Under the pieces are notes generated by a model, which saw only the letters and a list, made by a program, of their open reading frames with translations, was not told the origin of the DNA and ran no database searches. A stretch of DNA of 64,000 nucleotides from Cyanophora paradoxa CCMP329 (lineage: Eukaryota > Plantae > Glaucophyta): NCBI GenBank assembly GCA_004431415.1, contig QPMI01000603.1:124001-188000 (forward strand), in the 5' to 3' direction. The translations under genes and the position numbers were made by a program. Below are positions 56,128 through 64,000 of the stretch, piece after piece. Numbering within the stretch: position 1 is the first letter of the stretch; every line of letters starts with the position of its first letter.

Positions 56128-59100
56128 CAGGACCCCTTCGGTCTTGAGAGCCAGGCCTGAGCTGCTGTAGGGCTGATTTTGGCGTGATCGCGTTAGCTGG
56201 TAAGTGGCCTTGCTGGAGCTCCTCCAGCAACGTTTCTGGAATCAGTGCCGCTGCATGCTTAGTGAACATGCACACAAGCTCAAGGCACTTTTCAAAGACG
56301 TAAATGTGGGAACACATATGATACCAGGCCTTGTTTTGCTCCTTTACGTGACACTGAAGGCACCACGTCACTCATGCACTGAGTCAAGAATTCTGCCTGA
56401 CAGAAGCGCTGAGCCACTGGATCCTAACTTGACCCTCATCATGAGGACTAATCAGGGAATGCAAGAGCTGAACTGCAGCCCCAGCTGAGAAGTACCTGCA
56501 AAGATATGGCTCTTTTTCCAGCAAGCTGGGCTGCGAACAGAAGGAAACAATGCCTAGCTCTCTGCCTAGGGCTTTGCAGTCATGATTCTGGGCATATAAA
56601 AAGCTTACTTAGGTACACAGGACCCCTTCGGTCTTGAGAGCCAGGCCTGAGCTGCTGTAGGGCTGATTTTGGCGTGATCGCGTTAGCTGGTAAGTGGCCT
56701 TGCTGGAGCTCCTCCAGCAACGTTTCTGGAATCGGTGCCGCTGCATGCTTAGTGAACATGCACACAAGCTCAAGGCACTTTTCAAAGACGTAAATGTGGG
56801 AACACATATGATACCAGGCCTTGTTTTGCTCCTTTACGTGACACTGAAGGCACCACGTCACTCATGCACCGAGTCAAGAATTCTGCCTGACAGAAGCGCT
56901 CAGCGGCTGAGCCACTGGATCCTAACTTGACCTTCATCATGAGGACTAATCAGGGAATGCAAGAGCTGAACTGCAGCCCAGCTGAGAAGTACCTGCAAAG
57001 ATATGGCTCTTTTTCCAGCAAGCTGGGCTGCGAACAGCAGGAAACAATGCCTAGCTCTCTGCCTAGGGCTTTGCAGTCATGATTCTGGGCATATAAAAGC
57101 TTACTTAGGTACACAGGACCCTTCGGTCTTGAGAGCCAGGCCTGAGCTGCTGTAGGGCTGATTTTGGCGTGATCGCGTTAGCTGGTAAGTGGCCTTGCTG
57201 GAGCTCCTCCAGCAACGTTTCTGGAATCAGTGCCGCTGCATGCTTAGTGAACATGCACACAAGCTCAAGGCACTTTTCAAAGACGTAAATGTGGGAACAC
57301 ATATGATACCAGGCCTTGTTTTGCTCCTTTACGTGACACTGAAGGCACCACGTCACTCATGCACCGAGTCAAGAATTCTGCCTGACAGAAGCGCTGAGCC
57401 ACTGGATCCTAACTTGACCCTCATCATGAGGACTAATCAGGGAATGCAAGAGCTGAACTGCAGCCCCAGCTGAGAAGTACCTGCAAAGATATGGCTCTTT
57501 TTCCAGCAAGCTGGGCTGCGAACAGAAGGAAACAATGCCTAGCTCTCTGCCTAGGGCTTTGCAGTCATGATTCTGGGCATATAAAAAGCTTACTTAGGTA
57601 CACAGGACCCCTTCGGTCTTGAGAGCCAGGCCTGAGCTGCTGTAGGGCTGATTTTGGCGTGATCGCGTTAGCTGGTAAGTGGCCTTGCTGGAGCTCCTCC
57701 AGCAACGTTTCTGGAATCAGTGCCGCTGCATGCTTAGTGAACATGCACACAAGCTCAAGGCACTTTTCAAAGACGTAAATGTGGGAACACATATGATACC
57801 AGGCCTTGTTTTGCTCCTTTACGTGACACTGAAGGCACCACGTCACTCATGCACTGAGTCAAGAATTCTGCCTGACAGAAGCGCTGAGCCACTGGATCCT
57901 AACTTGACCCTCATCATGAGGACTAATCAGGGAATGCAAGAGCTGAACTGCAGCCCAGCTGAGAAGTACCTGCAAAGATATGGCTCTTTTTCCAGCAAGC
58001 TGGGCTGCGAACAGAAGGAAACAATGCCTAGCTCTCTGCCTAGGGCTTTGCAGTCATGATTCTGGGCATATAAAAAGCTTACTTAGGTACACAGGACCCC
58101 TTCGGTCTTGAGAGCCAGGCCTGAGCTGCTGTAGGGCTGATTTTGGCGTGATCGCGTTAGCTGGTAAGTGGCCTTGCTGGAGCTCCTCCAGCAACGTTTC
58201 TGGAATCGGTGCCGCTGCATGCTTAGTGAACATGCACACAAGCTCAAGGCACTTTTCAAAGACGTAAATGTGGGAACACATATGATACCAGGCCTTGTTT
58301 TGCTCCTTTACGTGACACTGAAGGCACCACGTCACTCATGCACCGAGTCAAGAATTCTGCCTGACAGAAGCGCTCAGCGGCTGAGCCACTGGATCCTAAC
58401 TTGACCTTCATCATGAGGACTAATCAGGGAATGCAAGAGCTGAACTGCAGCCCCAGCTGAGAAGTACCTGCAAAGATATGGCTCTTTTTCCAGCAAGCTG
58501 GGCTGCGAACAGCAGGAAACAATGCCTAGCTCTCTGCCTAGGGCTTTGCAGTCATGATCTGGGCATATAAAAAGCTTACTTAGGTACACAGGACCCCTTC
58601 GGTCTTGAGAGCCAGGCCTGAGCTGCTGTAGGGCTGATTTTGGCGTGATCGCGTTAGCTGGTAAGTGGCCTTGCTGGAGCTCCTCCAGCAACGTTTCTGG
58701 AATCAGTGCCGCTGCATGCTTAGTGAACATGCACACAAGCTCAAGGCACTTTTCAAAGACGTAAATGTGGGAACACATATGATACCAGGCCTTGTTTTGC
58801 TCCTTTACGTGACACTGAAGGCACACGTCACTCATGCACCGAGTCAAGAATTCTGCCTGACAGAAGCGCTGAGCCACTGGATCCTAACTTGACCCTCATC
58901 ATGAGGACTAATCAGGGAATGCAAGAGCTGAACTGCAGCCCCAGCTGAGAAGTACCTGCAAAGATATGGCTCTTTTTCAAGCAAGCTGGGCTGCGAACAG
59001 AAGGAAACAATGCCTAGCTCTCTGCCTAGGGCTTTGCAGTCATGATTCTGGGCATATAAAAAGCTTACTTAGGTACACAGGACCCCTTCGGTCTTGAGAG

Positions 59101-61107
59101 CCAGGCCTGAGCTGCTGTAGGGCTGATTTTGGCGTGATCGCGTTAGCTGGTAAGTGGCCTTGCTGGAGCTCCTCCAGCAACGTTTCTGGAATCAGTGCCG
59201 CTGCATGCTTAGTGAACATGCACACAAGCTCAAGGCACTTTTCAAAGACGTAAATGTGGGAACACATATGATACCAGGCCTTGTTTTGCTCCTTTACGTG
59301 ACACTGAAGGCACCACGTCACTCATGCACCGAGTCAAGAATTCTGCCTGACAGAAGCGCTGAGCCACTGGATCCTAACTTGACCCTCATCATGAGGACTA
59401 ATCAGGGAATGCAAGAGCTGAACTGCAGCCCCAGCTGAGAAGTACCTGCAAAGATATGGCTCTTTTCCCGCAAGCTGGGCTGCGAACAGAAGGAAACAAT
59501 GCCTAGCTCTCTGCCTAGGGCTTTGCAGTCATGATTCTGGGCATATAAAAAGCTTACTTAGGTACACAGGACCCTTCGGTCTTGAGAGCCAGGCCTGAGC
59601 TGCTGTAGGGCTGATTTTGGCGTGATCGCGTTAGCTGGTAAGTGGCCTTGCTGGAGCTCCTCCAGCAACGTTTCTGGAATCAGTGCCGCTGCATGCTTAG
59701 TGAACATGCACACAAGCTCAAGGCACTTTTCAAAGACGTAAATGTGGAACACATATGATACCAGGCCTTGTTTTGCTCCTTTACGTGACACTGAAGGCAC
59801 CACGTCACTCATGCACCGAGTCAAGAATTCTGCCTGACAGAAGCGCTGAGCCACTGGATCCTAACTTGACCCTCATCATGAGGACTAATCAGGGAATGCA
59901 AGAGCTGAACTGCAGCCCCAGCTGAGAAGTACCTGCAAAGATATGGCTCTTTTTCAAGCAAGCTGGGCTGCGAACAGAAGGAAACAATGCCTAGCTCTCT
60001 GCCTAGGGCTTTGCAGTCATGATTCTGGGCATATAAAAAGCTTACTTAGGTACACAGGACCCCTTCGGTCTTGAGAGCCAGGCCTGAGCTGCTGTAGGGC
60101 TGATTTTGGCGTGATCGCGTTAGCTGGTAAGTGGCCTTGCTGGAGCTCCTCCAGCAACGTTTCTGGAATCAGTGCCGCTGCATGCTTAGTGAACATGCAC
60201 ACAAGCTCAAGGCACTTTTCAAAGACGTAAATGTGGGAACACATATGATACCAGCCTTGTTTTGCTCCTTTACGTGACACTGAAGGCACCACGTCACTCA
60301 TGCACCGAGTCAAGAATTCTGCCTGACAGAAGCGCTGAGCCACTGGATCCTAACTTGACCCTCATCATGAGGACTAATCAGGGAATGCAAGAGCTGAACT
60401 GCAGCCCCAGCTGAGAAGTACCTGCAAAGATATGGCTCTTTTCCCGCAAGCTGGGCTGCGAACAGAAGGAAACAATGCCTAGCTCTCTGCCTAGGGCTTT
60501 GCAGTCATGATTCTGGGCATATAAAAAGCTTACTTAGGTACACAGGACCCCTTCGGTCTTGAGAGCCAGGCCTGAGCTGCTGTAGGGCTGATTTTGGCGT
60601 GATCGCGTTAGCTGGTAAGTGGCCTTGCTGGAGCTCCTCCAGCAACGTTTCTGGAATCGGTGCCGCTGCATGCTTAGTGAACATGCACACAAGCTCAAGG
60701 CACTTTTCAAAGACGTAAATGTGGGAACACATATGATACCAGGCCTTGTTTTGCTCCTTTACGTGACACTGAAGGCACCACGTCACTCATGCACCGAGTC
60801 AAGAATTCTGCCTGACAGAAGCGCTGAGCCACTGGATCCTAACTTGACCTTCATCATGAGGACTAATCAGGGAATGCAAGAGCTGAACTGCAGCCCCAGC
60901 TGAGAAGTACCTGCAAAGATATGGCTCTTTTTCCAGCAAGCTGGGCTGCGAACAGAAGGAAACAATGCCTAGCTCTCTGCCTAGGGCTTTGCAGTCATGA
61001 TTCTGGGCATATAAAAAGCTTACTTAGGTACACAGGACCCCTTCGGTCTTGAGAGCCAGGCCTGAGCTGCTGTAGGGCTGATTTTGGCGTGATCGCTAGC
61101 TGGTAAG
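56128..61107 (+). repeat. 490/498-bp tandem satellite, main block (about 10 units)
   Basis: Unit starts at about 56540, 57037, 57525, 58014, 58511, 59000, 59489, 59977, 60465 and 60955. Confidence 0.97.
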
Positions 61108-61130
61108 CAGTCCTTTTCCAGCCAGCTTAA

Positions 61131-63672
61131 GCTTGGATGGGAACCAAAGGAAACAATGCCTAGCTCTCTGCCTAGGTCTTTGCAGTCATGAATCTGGCCA
61201 TATAGAAAGCTTACTTAGGCACACGGGACCCCTGCACACATGCAGCCTTAAGCTTGAGAGCCAGGCCTGAGCTACTGTACGTGTAGGGCAGATTTTGGTG
61301 CACGTGAGCAACCTTGGTATTCCCTTAGCATCCCTCTTGATGGCGGACAAGTAAGGTTCCACTGGCTCCGCGCTCTTGCAATTATAATTGTCAAACAGCT
61401 GCAGACTCGATCCTGTTTCCGCGCGCCGTTTCCGAGAGAGGGGGTGTACTGGCTGGGGTACAAGATATCCTGAACTTTAGGCCATCCTGCTTGCATCTGA
61501 GCACCGCTCCGACTGGCTCGAAGTGCGCAGCTATCGGTGAGAAGCGATCTGACCGCCGGAAGCGCCCAGGAGCGCCCTTTTTCGGGGCAGCACGCATCGA
61601 CCGCAATTCTGCCATGGCGGAGCTGCTCCATCGCGATCTTAGTGCTTTAGGCGTGACGTAGCTAAGAAGGAGCGGGCCGCTCGGGCTGTCTGTGGTCAGC
61701 TGGAAGGTACCGCCGCGCATTGCCTCTCCGCCGCGCCTCACGCCACCGTCTCACTGCCCTGCTGCGAAGGGCTCACACAAGCATCAGGGCTGGTCGCGCG
61801 GTTGCGTGGCCGCGACGCCCTGGCCGCGTGTAGCAGGGCGGGCGCAGGTGCAGTCGGTCCTCAGCGGACTGTCTTGTGTGACCTAACGTGCTTCATACAG
61901 GATCGTAAGATGCTGGAAGGTCTCGTGGATGGTCGGCGTCCTCGCCTGCGCACGATGATGAGGTCCGTCCACTGCACCCTCCCGCTCGGCAGCCAGCGAC
62001 CAACCGCGACCTCGTCCGACGCTCGCAGCTCACGCGCAGCATCGCCTATATCAACAGCTTACGCGGGGCGCACTGGGTGGTTCCGCCGCGTTGACTGGCT
62101 TGGTGGCCGCTGCGCCCCTGGTGCTGGTCGCTCCCGGTGCGCATCCTGGCTGAACCCCCGCGCCAGCTGCGCTCTTATGCAAGGCTAACTCTGTTGCGCA
62201 CCGCTTGCATGCTGTGCAGGGTGCCCTGCTGCGTTCGGTCGCTGACGGTGGTGGTGGCAAGGACTTGGGATCACGCTCGGACCCTTTGCCCGCGCTCAGT
62301 GGACACGTTGGATTGTGCTCTGATGTGCTTCGATGTAATTCGCATCGGCTTTATTCATCTCCAGTGCCGCGGGGCGTGCTGGGCGCACAGGGCGCCTATG
62401 CGAGAGTGGTACTGCAGTGGCACCTACCACTGAGACGGGGGCAACGGGAAAACGCGTGGATTGATTGCACATGACTATCTCGATGACTCACTATCCAAGG
62501 GAGACGCGGAGAGCGACGGAGAGGAGCAACATCTGGCCCAGAAGAAGGGACCCGGTACGGTGGCGTGCTCGGTCAAAAACGCGCGATCCGAAGCGCCACA
62601 CAATGCACACGCAATGTCTGCATGCAGATAGCATCAGAGCTGGGCTCAGGAAAGGAGGCAAAAGGTCGCGCCCGCGGGCCGCACCACGGCGACTCCTGAG
62701 GGCTGTGATTCCAACCGAGAGTGCACGGCCGAGAAGCGGCGCATCGTGTCCTGCGAGTGGCACGCATCACAACTGGCTAAGCGCTGGCTGCTGGTCGCTG
62801 GCTGCCGAGCGGGAGGGTGCAGTGGACGGACCTCATCATCGTGCGCAGGCGAGGACGCCGACCATCCACGAGACCTTCCAGCATCTTACGATCCTGTATG
62901 AAGCACGTTAGGTCACACAAGACAGTCCGCTGAGGACCGACTGCACCTGCGCCCGCCCTGCTACACGCGGCCAGGGCGTCGCGGCCACGCAACCGCGCGA
63001 CCAGCCCTGATGCTTGTGTGAGCCCTTCGCAGCAGGGCAGTGAGACGGTGGCGTGAGGCGCGGCGGAGAGGCAATGCGCGGCGGTACCTTCCAGCTGACC
63101 ACAGACAGCCCCGAGCGGCCCGCTCCTTCTTAGCTACGTCACGCCTAAAGCACTAAGATCGCGATGGAGCAGCTCCGCCATGGCAGAATTGCGGTCGATG
63201 CGTGCTGCCCCGAAAAAGGGCGCTCCTGGGCGCTTCCGGCGGTCAGATCGCTTCTCACCGATAGCTGCGCACTTCGAGCCAGTCGGAGCGGTGCTCAGAT
63301 GCAAGCAGGATGGCCTAAAGTTCAGGATATCTTGTACCCCCAGCCAGTACACCCCCCTCTCTCGGAAACGGCGCGCGGAAACAGGATCGAGTCTGCAGCT
63401 GTTTGACAATTAATATTATAATTGCAAGAGCGCGGAGCCAGTGGAACCTTACTTGTCCGCCATCAAGAGGGATGCTAAGGGAATACCAAGGTTGCTCACG
63501 TGCACCAAAATCTGCCCTACACGTACAGTAGCTCAGGCCTGGCTCTCAAGCTTAAGGCTGCATGTGTGCAGGGGTCCCGTGTGCCTAAGTAAGCTTTCTA
63601 TATGGCCAGATTCATGACTGCAAAGCCCTAGGCAGAGAGCTAGGCATTGTTTCCTTCGGTTCCCAGCCAAGC
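61131..63672. repeat. ~870-bp inverted arms (61131-62002, 62792-63672) around the 790-bp spacer
   Basis: The arms are reverse complements of each other. The spacer matches 42207-42996. Confidence 0.93.
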
Positions 63673-63689
63673 ATGACTTTGCTGGAACT

Positions 63690-64000
63690 GAAGGAAACAA
63701 TGCCTAGCTCTCTGCCTAGGGCTTTGCAGTCATGATTCTGGGCATATAAAAAGCTTACTTAGGTACACAGGACCCCTTCGGTCTTGAGAGCCAGGCCTGA
63801 GCTGCTGTAGGGCTGATTTTGGCGTGATCGCGTTAGCTGGTAAGTGGCCTTGCTGGAGCTCCTCCAGCAACGTTTCTGGAATCAGTGCCGCTGCATGCTT
63901 AGTGAACATGCACACAAGCTCAAGGCACTTTTCAAAGACGTAAATGTGGGAACACATATGATACCAGGCCTTGTTTTGCTCCTTTACGTGACACTGAAGG
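63690..64000 (+). repeat. Start of another 490-bp satellite block, running off the window
   Basis: Same unit and same junction as at 43889. Confidence 0.95.

Larger units (their letters stand above)
41449..64000. mobile_element. Large insertion starting with CACTG (possible CACTA/EnSpm-type left terminus); right end not in window
   Basis: Sharp junction inside YR copy 2 beginning CACTGGTAGCC. No transposase seen. That all downstream repeats belong to this one element is inference. Confidence 0.45.

Noticed and set aside
43929-60903. Repeated 93-94-aa ORFs (MTWCLQCH..., MALLELLQ...)
   Set aside because: Incidental frames of the 490-bp satellite, with non-ATG starts and frequent disruption.

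Overview
Eukaryotic, very GC-rich genome. The host is inferred to be a flagellated alga, possibly a glaucophyte. The window has three parts. (1) 1.1-11 kb: four compact intron-rich host genes in two head-to-head pairs (TraB-family/FAD-dependent amine oxidase and TEDC1/SMARCD-like), with many GC-AG introns, followed by a decaying multi-exon gene at 11.65-14.7 kb. (2) 14.7-41.4 kb: a very long Ty3/gypsy LTR retrotransposon (- strand) hit twice, in opposite orientations, by one tyrosine-recombinase (PAT/DIRS-type, split-direct-repeat) retrotransposon. One copy is complete (19510-30023) and one is truncated (35296-41448). The best candidate for a new system is this YR element: it carries about 7 predicted spliceosomal introns in the 5' part of a single ~1,900-aa ORF1-RT-RNaseH reading frame, and its recombinase frame has no ATG ahead of its N-terminal domain and starts at a splice-acceptor-like site. 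(3) 41.4-64 kb: a CACTG-terminated insertion containing ~870-bp inverted arms and a 490-bp satellite with higher-order structure. Inserted in the satellite is a 10.7-kb apparently non-coding foldback element with 30-bp TIRs, a 6-bp TSD and palindromic subterminal repeats. All intron calls and family assignments were made by eye. Many single-base frameshifts in G/C runs may be assembly errors.
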